From Kiritimatiellia bacterium (GTDB taxonomy: Bacteria; Verrucomicrobiota; Kiritimatiellia; CAIKKV01; CAITUY01): a stretch of 64,000 bases of DNA. Positions 45,639 through 55,964 of this stretch are shown here, piece after piece. The stretch lies in assembly GCA_038330175.1 (NCBI GenBank), contig JBBQNS010000001.1:15552-79551 (forward strand), written 5' to 3'. Under the pieces are notes generated by a model. That model saw only the letters and a list, made by a program, of their open reading frames with translations. It did not search any database and had not been told where the DNA came from. Within the stretch, counting starts at the first letter, position 1. Each line of letters opens with the position of its first letter. Position numbers and translations under genes: made by a program.

Positions 45639-46523
45639 TTACAGGCCGTTCGCGCGCCGGGCAGACTCCACAGTGTTGTAAAGCAACATGGTGATGGTCA
45701 TGGGCCCCACCCCACCGGGGACCGGCGTGATCATGCTGGCTTTAGCCATGCATCCATCAAAATCAGCATCGCCTACGAGTCGGAAGCCCGCCTTCTTAGT
45801 GGAATCTTCAATCCGATTTACCCCGACATCAATGACAACCGCGCCTTCGCGAATCATATCGGCGGTCACGGTATTAGGGCGCCCCGCCGCCGCAATCACA
45901 ATATCCGCCTGGCGGGTATACTGAGCAATATTCTTAGTTTTCGTATGACAGACGGTCACCGTCGCATTACCCAGTGGGCCTTTTGCCATCAGCATATTGG
46001 CCAGTGGCTTGCCGACAATATTGCTGCGTCCAACAATCACCACATACGCGCCTTCTATTTTCACGCCACTACGCGCCAACATCTGCAGGACGCCATGGGG
46101 TGTGCAGGGCAGAAAGGCTTTTTCGCCCACCAACATACGCCCGACATTGGTAGGATGGAACCCATCCACATCTTTCTCGGGATCGATCGTCAGCAATACT
46201 TCACTTTCATTCAGATGCTTAGGTAAAGGTAATTGAACCAGAATACCGTTGATGTGGGGATCCGCATTCATTTTTCGGATCAGAGCCAGCAGTTGCGCCT
46301 GCGAGGCATCGACCGGAAGGCGGTTGTCATCGGAGAAAATCCCGATTTCGTGACACGCCTTTTCCTTGGCCGTTACATAGGACCGTGACGCAGGATCATC
46401 CCCAACCAAGATCACCCCGAGACCGGGCACAACGCCCTTCTCTTTTAGTTGCTTAATTTCCACAGTCAATTCTTCGCGAATTTGCCGGGCAATCTCTTTA
46501 CCATCAATAATCTTTGCGGTCAT
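45639..46523 (-). CDS. folD: Bifunctional methylenetetrahydrofolate dehydrogenase / methenyl-THF cyclohydrolase
   Basis: Full-length FolD similarity (AKIIDGKEIA..., GILVQLPLPKH, VVIVGRSNIVGKP). Start at 46523. Confidence 0.9.
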   Translation of the reverse strand: MTAKIIDGKEIARQIREELTVEIKQLKEKGVVPGLGVILVGDDPASRSYVTAKEKACHEIGIFSDDNRLPVDASQAQLLALIRKMNADPHINGILVQLPLPKHLNESEVLLTIDPEKDVDGFHPTNVGRMLVGEKAFLPCTPHGVLQMLARSGVKIEGAYVVIVGRSNIVGKPLANMLMAKGPLGNATVTVCHTKTKNIAQYTRQADIVIAAAGRPNTVTADMIREGAVVIDVGVNRIEDSTKKAGFRLVGDADFDGCMAKASMITPVPGGVGPMTITMLLYNTVESARRANGL

Positions 46524-46552
46524 GGTGTCCTTTGCTTGTGGCGCAAAACCGT

Positions 46553-48325
46553 TCAAAACAAGCCTTTTACCCGACCGGTTTCGACATCAATATCGATGTT
46601 CGCGAAAGCCGGCTCCGAGGCCGTGCCCGGCATCAACTTGATTTCACCAGCCACGGGCACCACGAAACCAGCTCCTCGATAGACCAGCATATCCCTAATC
46701 GGCAGAGTCCACCCTTTTGGCCGCCCCTTAAGCGTGGGATCATGCGAAAGGCTCAAATGCGTTTTTACCATACAGGTTCCCATGGCCGCAGTAGCTGGAT
46801 CCGCCTCTAATTTGAGAGCTTTATCCAGTGCCACCTCGCTATAGCTCACCCCGTCAGCCCCGTAGATCTCCTTGGCAATTAATTCAATCCGCTGGCGGAG
46901 CGGGGTCTTGAGATCATAAAGAAATTTGAAGTCATTCTTCTCATTAGCCGCCGTCACCACCACTTCAGCCAGTTCGCGGGCACCTTCGCCCCCCTTGAGC
47001 CAATGCTGAGAGAGCGCCACATAAGCTCCGTGCTGCTCCGCCACTTTGCGCACCAACGCCACTTCCGCCGCCGTATCCGTGTAAAAACCATTGATGCATA
47101 CCACCGGGCGCACACCGGACTTTTTGACAATTTCAATATGCGCGACCAGGTTCTCACAACCCTTTTCAAGTAAACCGAGGTTCTCGCGAATATACGCCTC
47201 ATCCAATTTGGCGCCGGGTTTAACTTCCGGACCGCCGCCATGCATCTTCAGCGCCCGGATCGTTGCCACCACGACCACCGCACTCGGCTTCAACCCCGAG
47301 AACCGGCACTTCAGGTTCCAGAATTTTTCAAACCCAATATCCGCAGCAAAACCGCTTTCGGTGACATGGTATTCCGCCAATCGGGTTCCAATTTCATCAG
47401 CGATAATGGAACTCTGTCCAATGGCAATATTAGCAAACGGACCGGCATGCACAAAGATCGGCTGACCTTCCACCGTTTGAACTAGGGTGGGATTAATGGC
47501 ATCCACCATCCAGGCGGCCATCGCTCCATCCACCTTCAAATCCGCCGTAGTGATTTCATTGCCATCCCTATCACAGGCCAGAACCATCCGCCCCAACCGT
47601 TGACGCAAATCCTTGAGGTCTTTGGAAACGGCCAAAATAGCCATGACTTCACTGCCCACGGAAATCTGAAAACCGGAGTCCATTTCGAGACCATCCATCT
47701 TGCCGCCGCGTCCAATTGTGATATTTCGCAAGCTCTGGGCGCAGAAATCCATGCACCACTTCACACTCACCCGTGCCGGATCCACATTCAACCGCCGGAT
47801 CCCCGTTCTGGCCAGACGGGCATCATCGTAGTTTTTCTCGTGTTGCATCCGGGAGGTCAAGGCCACCATCGCTAGATTATGCGCATTGGTAATGGAATCG
47901 ATATCACCCGTCATGCGGATGGAGAAAGGTGCCAGGGGAATACACTGCGAAATACCGCCCCCTGCCGCAGAGCCTTTGATGTTAAACGTAGGGCCGCCGC
48001 TGGGCTGACGAATCGCACCGGTCACCGATTTGCCTAGCACCGACAAGCCTTCAATCAGCCCGATCGTCGTGGTGGTTTTCCCCTCGCCCAATGGCGTAGG
48101 GGTGATGGCGGTGACATCGATGTATTTACCCACCGGCCTGGAACCAATCCGCTCCATCACGGCACGCTGATCCACCTTCGCCAACTGCCGCCCCATCATG
48201 ATCACTTCGTTTTCGTGAAGGCCCAACTCGGAGGCCAACTGCATGACCGGCTTCATGGTTTGCTCAGCCGCTTCCGCAATTTCCCAGTCTTTCATCTTTG
48301 TCGGGTCTAATTTCAATCGCGTCAT
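46553..48325 (-). CDS. fhs: Formate--tetrahydrofolate ligase
   Basis: A 590-aa ORF with the P-loop [15 protein letters not shown] and full-length Fhs similarity. Confidence 0.9.
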   Translation of the reverse strand: MTRLKLDPTKMKDWEIAEAAEQTMKPVMQLASELGLHENEVIMMGRQLAKVDQRAVMERIGSRPVGKYIDVTAITPTPLGEGKTTTTIGLIEGLSVLGKSVTGAIRQPSGGPTFNIKGSAAGGGISQCIPLAPFSIRMTGDIDSITNAHNLAMVALTSRMQHEKNYDDARLARTGIRRLNVDPARVSVKWCMDFCAQSLRNITIGRGGKMDGLEMDSGFQISVGSEVMAILAVSKDLKDLRQRLGRMVLACDRDGNEITTADLKVDGAMAAWMVDAINPTLVQTVEGQPIFVHAGPFANIAIGQSSIIADEIGTRLAEYHVTESGFAADIGFEKFWNLKCRFSGLKPSAVVVVATIRALKMHGGGPEVKPGAKLDEAYIRENLGLLEKGCENLVAHIEIVKKSGVRPVVCINGFYTDTAAEVALVRKVAEQHGAYVALSQHWLKGGEGARELAEVVVTAANEKNDFKFLYDLKTPLRQRIELIAKEIYGADGVSYSEVALDKALKLEADPATAAMGTCMVKTHLSLSHDPTLKGRPKGWTLPIRDMLVYRGAGFVVPVAGEIKLMPGTASEPAFANIDIDVETGRVKGLF

Positions 48326-48351
48326 ACAATTTCTCCTGAAACTCGATTAGC

Positions 48352-48591
48352 TCATTCCACCAATTTGCCTTCACGATGGGCCAGAATAAATTCCACGCCG
48401 AATAGGTCCTCACCCGTCAACAACGCCTGGGCAAGCTTAAATGACTCAGACGCTGTATCCACCGCCGTCAAAATTTTCCCGTTCATTTGAAGCGGATCCA
48501 AGATCCCACTGTCGCCGCCCGCTTCCACCACCATCCAGGTAAAGACCTGACGGAAGCCTGAGAGGCCCCCCTTCTCCTCAATTTTCACCAT
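48352..48591 (-). CDS. Small hypothetical protein (~80 aa) overlapping the 3' end of the upstream nuclease gene
   Basis: Overlaps the end of 48578–49165 by 14 nt. The start at 48591 (MVKIEEKGG) is preferred over the longer ORF-track call. No domain recognised. Confidence 0.3.
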   Translation of the reverse strand: MVKIEEKGGLSGFRQVFTWMVVEAGGDSGILDPLQMNGKILTAVDTASESFKLAQALLTGEDLFGVEFILAHREGKLVE

Positions 48592-49165
48592 GCGCTTGCT
48601 CGTATTTTTTGATCGCGTCCCTGATTTTAGCGGCCTCTTCGTAGTTTTCCTTGGCGATCGCTTTATCCAACTTGGCCTTAAGTTGTTCCAGTGGAGGCCC
48701 AGCTGGCTTAGGCGCCGCTGCCACATGCGCTTGATCTCCCGTTTTTGCGGGAGCCTCTTGCGCTTTCGCCTCATCCAGTAACACCCCTACCTTATTCATT
48801 ACCTCCGCGGTAACATAAAGCGGAGTAGAACATCTCAACCCGAGGGCAATGGCATCACTAGGGCGCGCATCAATTTCAGTTTCAACCCCGTCATGCTCCA
48901 GCACCAGCACCGCATAAAATGTGTTTTCGATCACCTCTTTGACCACCACGCGTTTCAACCGGCATTCCATGCAGTCCAAGACGTTTTTAAACAAATCGTG
49001 GGTCAAAGGCCGGGGAATCTGCACCTTTTCGAGCCACAACGCTATCGATTGAGCTTCCGTTCCCCCAATAAAAATGGGCAACGTCCGAGGATCAGGATCC
49101 CCCTTGAGTAGAATCACAAATCCAAGATTTGATAACGACAAACCAGCTACTTTGACATGAACCAT
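48578..49165 (-). CDS. Bifunctional nuclease (BFN/DUF151) domain protein with a C-terminal UVR motif
   Basis: BFN-like core (FIGGTEAQSIALWLEK...RPLTHDL) and a C-terminal UvrB/UvrC-type UVR helix (EQLKAKLDKAIAKENYEEAAKIRDAIKKYE). Confidence 0.6.
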   Translation of the reverse strand: MVHVKVAGLSLSNLGFVILLKGDPDPRTLPIFIGGTEAQSIALWLEKVQIPRPLTHDLFKNVLDCMECRLKRVVVKEVIENTFYAVLVLEHDGVETEIDARPSDAIALGLRCSTPLYVTAEVMNKVGVLLDEAKAQEAPAKTGDQAHVAAAPKPAGPPLEQLKAKLDKAIAKENYEEAAKIRDAIKKYEQAHGEN

Positions 49166-49313
49166 AAATCACCTCTCTATAATCATTTATCTTAACACGC
49201 TTCACCGCACCGTGAAAAGGAGGAAGAGTTCATCAGATACAATGGGGTGCATCTGCGATCATTGGTGTTTTCAATGGATGTCGAACAGCATATCGTTTAT
49301 ATATTCTCCACTC

Positions 49314-49832
49314 ATGAAGATTATCGCCTGTGACCAACGCCACGTACCGCAAATTAGGACCATTTTTAATGATGCCATCTTGAATTCTACGGTACTCTGG
49401 GAATATGAGCCCCGCAGCCTGAAAACAGTCACGGACTGGTTTGAATCGAAGCGAAAGGGATCCTTTCCTGTAATTGGAATGGAAAATGATTTGGGTGAAT
49501 TCATGGGATTTGCCAGTTATGGAACTTTTCGTGACCGGCCGGGATATAAATACACTGCCGAACATTCCGTATACGTCGACCAACGGTTCCGCGGAAAGGG
49601 AATTGGCTCTCTCTTGATGAAGGAGTTGATCGTAAGCGCCCAATCTCACGATCTCCACACCCTGATTGGAGCCATTGATACCACCAATGAAGCCAGCATC
49701 GCGCTCCATCGCAGCCTTGGCTTTGAATACTGTGGCAGCATCAAACAAGCTGGCTTTAAGTTCGGGCGCTGGCTGGACATGGTCTTTTATCAGTTGATCT
49801 TGCCTACTCCGGCCCGCCCCATCGCTGGCTAA
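49314..49832 (+). CDS. GNAT-family N-acetyltransferase (phosphinothricin/PAT-like)
   Basis: GNAT motif A QRFRGKGIGSLLMKELI. ATG at 49314 (MKIIACDQ). Its TAA stop lies at the first bases of the adjacent repeat element. Confidence 0.75.
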   Translation: MKIIACDQRHVPQIRTIFNDAILNSTVLWEYEPRSLKTVTDWFESKRKGSFPVIGMENDLGEFMGFASYGTFRDRPGYKYTAEHSVYVDQRFRGKGIGSLLMKELIVSAQSHDLHTLIGAIDTTNEASIALHRSLGFEYCGSIKQAGFKFGRWLDMVFYQLILPTPARPIAG

Positions 49833-50015
49833 CAGCCTGTCGGGCTGCGCACCCTCGTAAGGCTACCGGCGGAGACCGCCGGCTCCAGAATATAGCTCGC
49901 GTCGGTAATCAAGCGCCATGTGCTTCACATTGCTTAATCCACCGAGGATAGCCCCGGATCTCCATCTTTGGAGCCGGCGGTCTCCGCCGGTAGTGAAGGT
50001 CTAGGCTGAAGGCGG
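49831..50015. repeat. MITE/REP-like element copy (left arm, diverged centre, and a truncated right arm)
   Basis: CAGCCTGTCGGG...CTACCGGCGGAGACCGCCGGCTCCAGAATAT...TTGGAGCCGGCGGTCTCCGCCGGTAG. The centre is ~75 % identical to the 7246–7452 copy. Confidence 0.7.
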
Positions 50016-50020
50016 TTGCA

Positions 50021-50100
50021 AACCCATTCCCCCTTTGCGATCTTCGTGTGCTTCTGTTCAAAAATCCTGCATTTTAGCTAACCGGTTGCAAATAAATAGG
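50021..50100 (+). promoter_or_regulatory. Conserved ~80-bp block upstream of the ECF sigma operon. Its 5' half matches 30855–30896 and its 3' half (...TTCAAAA-TCCTGCATT...GGTTGCAAATAAA) matches 61106–61165, upstream of the chitinase gene.
   Basis: Direct sequence similarity among three loci. Two of them sit ~100–140 bp upstream of plus-strand genes, suggesting a shared promoter or operator (inference). Confidence 0.4.
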
Positions 50101-50198
50101 ACACCGAAATTATCGTGTGCCCAAGAAATACCGACTGGAATATAAAATTTGTAATATATCGTCGCTTCCGCGTAATAGGAACTAGAGGGCTACATCCA

Positions 50199-50756
50199 GT
50201 GAACGAAGAAGAACTAGATCTACTTGTCGAACGGATCCAAAACGGTGACCGGGAGGCCTTTGGCGAAGTAGTGTTTGCCATCCGTAAAGAACTGCGGATT
50301 TTCCTCTCTGCCCACGCTTGCTCCGTCGATATGGTCGAAGAAGTACTCCAACACACCTTGGTGGTATGTTACGAAAACATCGCGAAATATGAACGACGCG
50401 GCACCTTTCTTTCCTGGACCAAGGGCATTGCCCGTAATCTCATGCTCAAAGAGCTTAAGGCCCGCTCCCGCTATGTGGCGCCCGGAGAGGACGAATTGGA
50501 TCGGATCGTTCTCGATGCCTCCATGCAATCGATCAAAGCCTTGGATCGTGAAGAAGTTTACGTGGAACACCTGCGCCATTGCCTCACTAAACTGTCCGAT
50601 GACTCACGCCAACTTGTGCAACAACGGTATTTCGACCGGTTATCAATCCGGGAGCTTGCGGAACGAAATCACCGAACCGAAACCTGGGTTGCTGTCGCCT
50701 TGTTCCGTGTGCGAGACATTCTGAGAGATTGCATGATGAGAGAGGTGGCCTCATGA
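50199..50756 (+). CDS. ECF-family RNA polymerase sigma factor (sigma-70 region 2 + region 4)
   Basis: ELDLLVERIQNGDREAFGEVV (region 2 start) and a C-terminal RQLVQQRYFDRLSIRELAERNHRTETWV HTH (region 4). Probable GTG start at 50199, with a GAGGG RBS 9 nt upstream. Confidence 0.8.
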   Translation: MNEEELDLLVERIQNGDREAFGEVVFAIRKELRIFLSAHACSVDMVEEVLQHTLVVCYENIAKYERRGTFLSWTKGIARNLMLKELKARSRYVAPGEDELDRIVLDASMQSIKALDREEVYVEHLRHCLTKLSDDSRQLVQQRYFDRLSIRELAERNHRTETWVAVALFRVRDILRDCMMREVAS

Positions 50757-52561
50757 ATGAACAAGAATTCATCCTGTTGATGGAAGAATACCTTGAGGGA
50801 AGCATTACCCCCCAAGGCCGGTTTGCCCTCAAGACCGAAGTATTAAAAAATCCCACACGCCGCCAGCTCTTTGAAAACCAGGCGCGGCAACATGTGCGGC
50901 TCCATGCCCAATCCAGCCGGATCGATTTCTCAGAATCTCAACGTATCGCCGTCATGGTCATGGATATTGCAGATAAGCAGAAGGAACCCAATGCCTTCAT
51001 GGAACTGATCCGCAAAAAAACCTTCCGTGAACGGGCCTCGTTGATTCTGAAAGGACTGCGAGCCGCTCCGGGCACGCCCGCCCACCGCGCAGCCAAAGCC
51101 GAATTAATTCGAATATTCGGCCCCGCAAGCCTTTCAGTAGTCGTCAATGTCGCCGCCCTACTCCTGCTCCTGTTCTGGGTTCCCTACGTCCTCCCCCCTC
51201 CGCCCGGCGACAGCAGAGCAGATACCGAAGGCGTCGTCATCAATCTGGGTGATCCCCAGGCGGACAATTCGAAACCACAAGCTGATAATAATCCTGATAA
51301 TTCCCAATCGGACTCACACCCTGATAAGGGCTCGATATCGGCCCCAAATATCGGCACTGCGCAAGGCCCAGTCGGCCCCATCATTCCGGGGTACGATGGG
51401 CCCCCGACGGACATCATGGATATAGCCCCCCCGGGAAAACCAAATAATGATGGCGACCTCCTGGCTATGACCCCGAAAACCAAGGGGATTACAGCGTCCC
51501 TATTTCCCGGTTCCCGCGGTAATCGCGACAGAAAGGATCGTGACCGTATTCTTATTGAACAAAAGGCCACCAAAACGGAGATAGCCGTAGTGAAAGCCCT
51601 CAAGTGGCTCAAAGCCAAACAATTACCGGATGGAAGCTGGCCGGGCCAGGATACTACGGCCATGACCGGCTTGGCGTTGCTCACTTACCTGGCACATAAC
51701 GAAATGCCGACATCACCCCAATTCGGTGACACCGTAACGCACGGCCTGCAAAGCCTACTTAAAAATCAAAGCAAGGATGGCGCCTTTTCACAAAACGTCT
51801 ATGCGCACGCCATTGCCACCTACGCCATTGCGGAAGCGTATACCATGACGCGCATCATGGATCTTAAAGCTCCTCTCGAAAAAGCGGTCAGCGTCATCAT
51901 TAAAGGTCAGCAAACTAATGGCGGTTTCGATTATAACTACCTGAAAGGATCACGGTTCGATACCTCCGTCACGGGTTGGCAAATTCAAGCGCTAAAGGCC
52001 GCGCGTACCGCAGAGCCCGACATGGACGGTTTGGAAGAAGCGCTCGCCCGCTCCACACGATTCCTTCTCTCGGATGCCTTTGCCCGAGATGGAAGCGGCT
52101 TTGTCTATGAGGGAAAAAACGGGGTCGTGTCCGCCAGCGGCGGCAAACAGAGCATGACAGGGGTCGGCACCCTCTGCCTGCAAATGCTTGGCAAAAATAC
52201 TTCAGCCCCGGTCAGGGCAGGACTTAAAGTGCTTCAGAATGCCGAACTCGAATGGGTGCCTGATGGCAAAGCCAATGTCTATACCAGCTATTATGTAGCG
52301 CAAGCCAAGTTTCAGAGCGGGAATCAACCCGAGTGGATGCGCTGGAACCTCAACATGCAAAAAATCCTACTGGCCAGGCAGGATAAAGACGGACACTGGG
52401 AGCAAGGCGACTTCGATAATGGCTCCCATGTCTATACCACCACACTTTGCGTATTGATGCTGGAAGTGTATTATCGGTATCTTCCTTCTGATGCACATCC
52501 AATCGAACAAAAACCAGCAGGAAAGATCGTCTCAGGAGATGTCCTCATTGACGTCCTCTAA
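50753..52561 (+). CDS. Anti-sigma factor-like membrane protein with a C-terminal prenyltransferase/squalene-oxidase-repeat (terpenoid cyclase / alpha-alpha toroid) domain
   Basis: ATGA overlap with the sigma gene stop. The N-terminal cytoplasmic helix EEYLEGSITPQGRFAL is anti-sigma-like. There is one TM segment (VVNVAALLLLLFWVPYVL) and a Pro/Asp-rich linker. C-terminal repeats KWLKAKQLPDGSWPG...NQSKDGAFS...GQQTNGGFDYNY. Confidence 0.65.
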   Translation: MNEQEFILLMEEYLEGSITPQGRFALKTEVLKNPTRRQLFENQARQHVRLHAQSSRIDFSESQRIAVMVMDIADKQKEPNAFMELIRKKTFRERASLILKGLRAAPGTPAHRAAKAELIRIFGPASLSVVVNVAALLLLLFWVPYVLPPPPGDSRADTEGVVINLGDPQADNSKPQADNNPDNSQSDSHPDKGSISAPNIGTAQGPVGPIIPGYDGPPTDIMDIAPPGKPNNDGDLLAMTPKTKGITASLFPGSRGNRDRKDRDRILIEQKATKTEIAVVKALKWLKAKQLPDGSWPGQDTTAMTGLALLTYLAHNEMPTSPQFGDTVTHGLQSLLKNQSKDGAFSQNVYAHAIATYAIAEAYTMTRIMDLKAPLEKAVSVIIKGQQTNGGFDYNYLKGSRFDTSVTGWQIQALKAARTAEPDMDGLEEALARSTRFLLSDAFARDGSGFVYEGKNGVVSASGGKQSMTGVGTLCLQMLGKNTSAPVRAGLKVLQNAELEWVPDGKANVYTSYYVAQAKFQSGNQPEWMRWNLNMQKILLARQDKDGHWEQGDFDNGSHVYTTTLCVLMLEVYYRYLPSDAHPIEQKPAGKIVSGDVLIDVL

Positions 52562-53486
52562 CCCCCATGCCCCTAGCGGCCTGAAAGGCTGGGTTTCGCT
52601 ATTTCGCCCACCTAATCTATTTACGGTACCCGGCGATCCCCTGATCGGCGCCCTTCTGGCTGCCTTGGCGCTGAAAACGGTTCCGCAGTGGAATGCCATT
52701 TATGCCTTAATGGGTGCTGCCCTCGCCTTCTATGCCAGTGGACTGCTGGCGAATGATTTCTTTGACCGCGCGATTGACGCCCAAGAACGGCCTAATCGGC
52801 CCATTCCATCTGGTGCCGTGAATGCCAACGCGGTGAAATGGGTTGCCATTTTACTCTCACTCGTAGGCTTGAGCCTGACTCTCCCTGCGGGGCGTCTTGC
52901 CAGCGAGATCGGACTCCTTTTAACGCTGAACGCCTGGTTCTATGACGCGTATGGAAAAAAGATGGCATGGCTCGCCCCCTTCTCCATGGGATTATGCCGA
53001 GGTTTGAGCGTATTGTTGGGCGCTGCCGCACTGGGCCTCAACGGCCTCACCTCCCCAGCCGTGCTGATTGCCACCCTTTTCATGACCCTTTACATCGCAC
53101 TTATCACAGTCATCGCTCGACACGAAGCTGATCCCGACGCCGCCCCGATTCCCACCGGAATTCGCTGGGGAATCCCGGTGGTTTTGATCCTGTGGCTCAC
53201 CCTCCTCCTGATCAGACCGGGGGCATTAGAATTCCAGTGGAAAAGCCTGGCCACCCTAGTGGCCGCCATGTCTATTCTCTGGTCCATTCTATGGACAGCC
53301 CAGATGAAACCCCATGCCTCCCCTCGCCTCATTCAGGCGGCGGTAGGCGGCCTGATCCGCGGACTGCTCTTTACCCAAGCAGCACTCTGCGCCTCCTATG
53401 GAGCAACGGGTGAAGGCTTCGCCTTCCTCCTGCTCTTCCTGTTCCCGGTAAGTGGCTGGATCGGAAGATGGTTTTATGGTAGTTAA
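52539..53486 (+). CDS. eboC: UbiA-family prenyltransferase (EboC-like)
   Basis: UbiA motifs LLANDFFDRAIDAQERPNRPIPSG and 8–9 TM helices. First of four tightly coupled genes. Confidence 0.7.
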   Translation: MSSLTSSNPHAPSGLKGWVSLFRPPNLFTVPGDPLIGALLAALALKTVPQWNAIYALMGAALAFYASGLLANDFFDRAIDAQERPNRPIPSGAVNANAVKWVAILLSLVGLSLTLPAGRLASEIGLLLTLNAWFYDAYGKKMAWLAPFSMGLCRGLSVLLGAAALGLNGLTSPAVLIATLFMTLYIALITVIARHEADPDAAPIPTGIRWGIPVVLILWLTLLLIRPGALEFQWKSLATLVAAMSILWSILWTAQMKPHASPRLIQAAVGGLIRGLLFTQAALCASYGATGEGFAFLLLFLFPVSGWIGRWFYGS

Positions 53487-53493
53487 GGCTCAC

Positions 53494-54792
53494 ATGAAAA
53501 AGCGACTGGTCATCATTCAAGTGGCAGGATTGGGGCACAATTTCCTAACCGAATCTCTCGGCACACAGTGGAAGGGGCTCACCTTTAAACCGCTCAAGAG
53601 CGTCTTTCCCGCGCTGACCTGCACCGCTCAGGCCACCTTCCGAACGGCCGCACCTATAGCAAACCACGGGATGGTCGCTAATGGGCGGTACCATCGTGAA
53701 CTCCGAAAGCCATTGCTCTGGGAACAATCCTGCGATTTGGTCTCCGGCCCACGAATATGGGACTCTTTTCGCCAAAGCGGAAAACGCGTGGCCCTGCTTT
53801 TCTGGCAGCAATCGTTGGGCGAAGCCGTGGATATTATCCTTTCGCCCTCCCCCATCCACAAACATGGTGGCGGCATGGTCCAAAGCGTATACAGCCAACC
53901 TGCGGGCCTTTATGAATCTCTCTGTAAATCCATCAAACGCACGTTCCCTCTGCACCGTTATTGGGGGCCCCTCGCCTCGCCAGCCTCGTCTGACTGGATT
54001 GCACGCGCGACGGCGCTTCTTCTGGCTGACCGCTCCCAAGCGCCTGATCTTTGCCTGACTTATCTACCCGCCCTCGATTACGATCTCCAGCGGCATGGTC
54101 CCAAACACCCGTCCGCCCAGCGCTCTTTGACCGCCTTGCTTGCGCAGCTTTCACTCATCCGGAACGTCGCCGATGAAAATGGGTACGATCTCATCATCTT
54201 CGGTGATTACGCCATCGGGCATTCCTCTCAAGCCATCTTCCCCAACCGCGCCTTACTTCACGCTGATTTATTCAAAACCCGCACCGTCGAAGGCCGACTC
54301 TATCCGGACTTCCACGCCAGCCAATCTTTTGCGATGGTCGACCATGAGGTTGCCCACGTCTACCTGCGCCACCCCGCCGATCTCGAAGCCACGCGCACCG
54401 TCTTGGCAACCCTTGAGGGAGTTGAAACCATCATGGATGCCCATGCCCAACAGCTTGCCGGAATCGCCCACCCGCATGGGGGCGAATTGGTGCTGGTAGC
54501 CAAACCAGGGTACTGGTTTGCCTACCCGTGGTGGTCCGACAAAAAACAGGCCCCCGACTTTGCCACGCATGTGGATATCCATAACAAGCCCGGCTATGAT
54601 CCTTGCGAACTGTTCTTCGGTTGGCCTCCCATTTCTGTGAGTCAAGATACAAGCCGAATCAAGGGCTCACATGGTACCACGGGGAACGAGCGCGCGGCCA
54701 CGTGGGCCAGCACGTGCTCCTTTAAGGGTACCCCAGCTAATTTGCAGGAACTCGCCCAACTCGTGAAGCAACACCTGGAGACATTATCGTGA
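53494..54792 (+). CDS. eboF: Alkaline-phosphatase-superfamily nucleotide pyrophosphatase/phosphodiesterase (EboF-like)
   Basis: AP-superfamily type-I phosphodiesterase-like pattern (LVIIQVAGLGHNF...LTCTAQATFRT...YLPALDYDLQRHG). Start at 53494 (MKKRLVII). Confidence 0.65.
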   Translation: MKKRLVIIQVAGLGHNFLTESLGTQWKGLTFKPLKSVFPALTCTAQATFRTAAPIANHGMVANGRYHRELRKPLLWEQSCDLVSGPRIWDSFRQSGKRVALLFWQQSLGEAVDIILSPSPIHKHGGGMVQSVYSQPAGLYESLCKSIKRTFPLHRYWGPLASPASSDWIARATALLLADRSQAPDLCLTYLPALDYDLQRHGPKHPSAQRSLTALLAQLSLIRNVADENGYDLIIFGDYAIGHSSQAIFPNRALLHADLFKTRTVEGRLYPDFHASQSFAMVDHEVAHVYLRHPADLEATRTVLATLEGVETIMDAHAQQLAGIAHPHGGELVLVAKPGYWFAYPWWSDKKQAPDFATHVDIHNKPGYDPCELFFGWPPISVSQDTSRIKGSHGTTGNERAATWASTCSFKGTPANLQELAQLVKQHLETLS

Positions 54793-55964
54793 GTCGTCCC
54801 ATCACCGGTTTTCATCAGCATCTCTCGATTCCATTCGACTTCCCCGTGTATTTTCATCGAAAGACTTTTTCACCCGATAACCCCCTGCTTGCCAAAACCA
54901 TTAACCGGCTCCATGAAAAATGCCGACACCGGGTGCTGGTCTGTATCGACCAAGGCGTGTCCCGTGCCTGGCCTCACTACGAATCCCAAATCAAGAAATA
55001 CTTCGCAACTTATCAGGACACACTAGAACTGGCAGGCCCCATCGAAACGCTCACGGGTGGCGCGCAGGCCAAACATAATTTAACTGGCCTGACCCGCATG
55101 ATTGATCTGATGGCCAAACGTAACCTGGCCCGCCAAAGTGTGGTGTTAATCATTGGCGGAGGAAGCATCCTCGATATGGTGGGCCTCGCCGCTTCGCTCG
55201 TTCACCGCGGCTTACGGGTCATCCGTATGCCCACCACCGTGGTCGGTCAAAACGACGTCGGGGTCGGCGTCAAAACCGGTATTGATCTCTATGGATGCAA
55301 AAATTTTCTCGGAACCTTTGCTCCGCCTTTTGCAGTCATCAATGATTTCGATTTTTTGGATCGCCTGCCCGATCGCGATTGGATTGCCGGCATTGCCGAA
55401 GCCTTCAAAGTCGCCATGATCCGGGATCGTCGCTTTTATTCGTATCTCTGTCGCCATACCCAAGCGCTACGCCAACGGAATGCGCCGGTTATGGAACGGC
55501 TCGTTACTGAATGCGCCAAACTGCACCTAGATCATATTCGCGACGGGGGCGATCCTTTTGAGACTGGAAGTGCGCGCCCTCTCGATTTTGGCCACTGGTC
55601 GGCTCATCAACTTGAAGTTATGTCCGGTTATCGACTGCGACATGGCGAAGCGGTATCCATAGGTATCGCCTTGGACTCCTATTACGCCATGCGATTGGGA
55701 TTGATCCCAAAAAGAGCCGTCACCACCGTACTCGCCCACCTGCAAGCGGTGGGGCTGCCCATTTGGAACCGGCATCTGACCACCCGCAAAGCTGACGGGA
55801 CGCTGGCCATTTTAGAAGGGTTGATTCGTTTTCAAGAACATCTGGGTGGCCCGCTGACCATCACCCTCCCCGCCCCCATCGGGGCCAGAATTGAAGTTCA
55901 TACTATGGATTCAAATATCATAGCCGAAGGCATTGTTTATCTTCATTCTGAGTCATCCCTATGA
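54789..55964 (+). CDS. eboD: 3-dehydroquinate-synthase-family sugar-phosphate cyclase (EboD-like)
   Basis: DHQS-fold motifs (LIIGGGSILDMVG, VIRMPTTVVGQNDVGVGVKTG, GIAEAFKVAMI). ATGA overlap with the upstream gene. Confidence 0.75.
   Translation: MSRPITGFHQHLSIPFDFPVYFHRKTFSPDNPLLAKTINRLHEKCRHRVLVCIDQGVSRAWPHYESQIKKYFATYQDTLELAGPIETLTGGAQAKHNLTGLTRMIDLMAKRNLARQSVVLIIGGGSILDMVGLAASLVHRGLRVIRMPTTVVGQNDVGVGVKTGIDLYGCKNFLGTFAPPFAVINDFDFLDRLPDRDWIAGIAEAFKVAMIRDRRFYSYLCRHTQALRQRNAPVMERLVTECAKLHLDHIRDGGDPFETGSARPLDFGHWSAHQLEVMSGYRLRHGEAVSIGIALDSYYAMRLGLIPKRAVTTVLAHLQAVGLPIWNRHLTTRKADGTLAILEGLIRFQEHLGGPLTITLPAPIGARIEVHTMDSNIIAEGIVYLHSESSL

Noticed and set aside
53545-54039. 164-aa minus-strand ORF inside the eboF-like gene
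   Set aside because: Antisense shadow ORF. The plus-strand gene is part of a tightly coupled operon.
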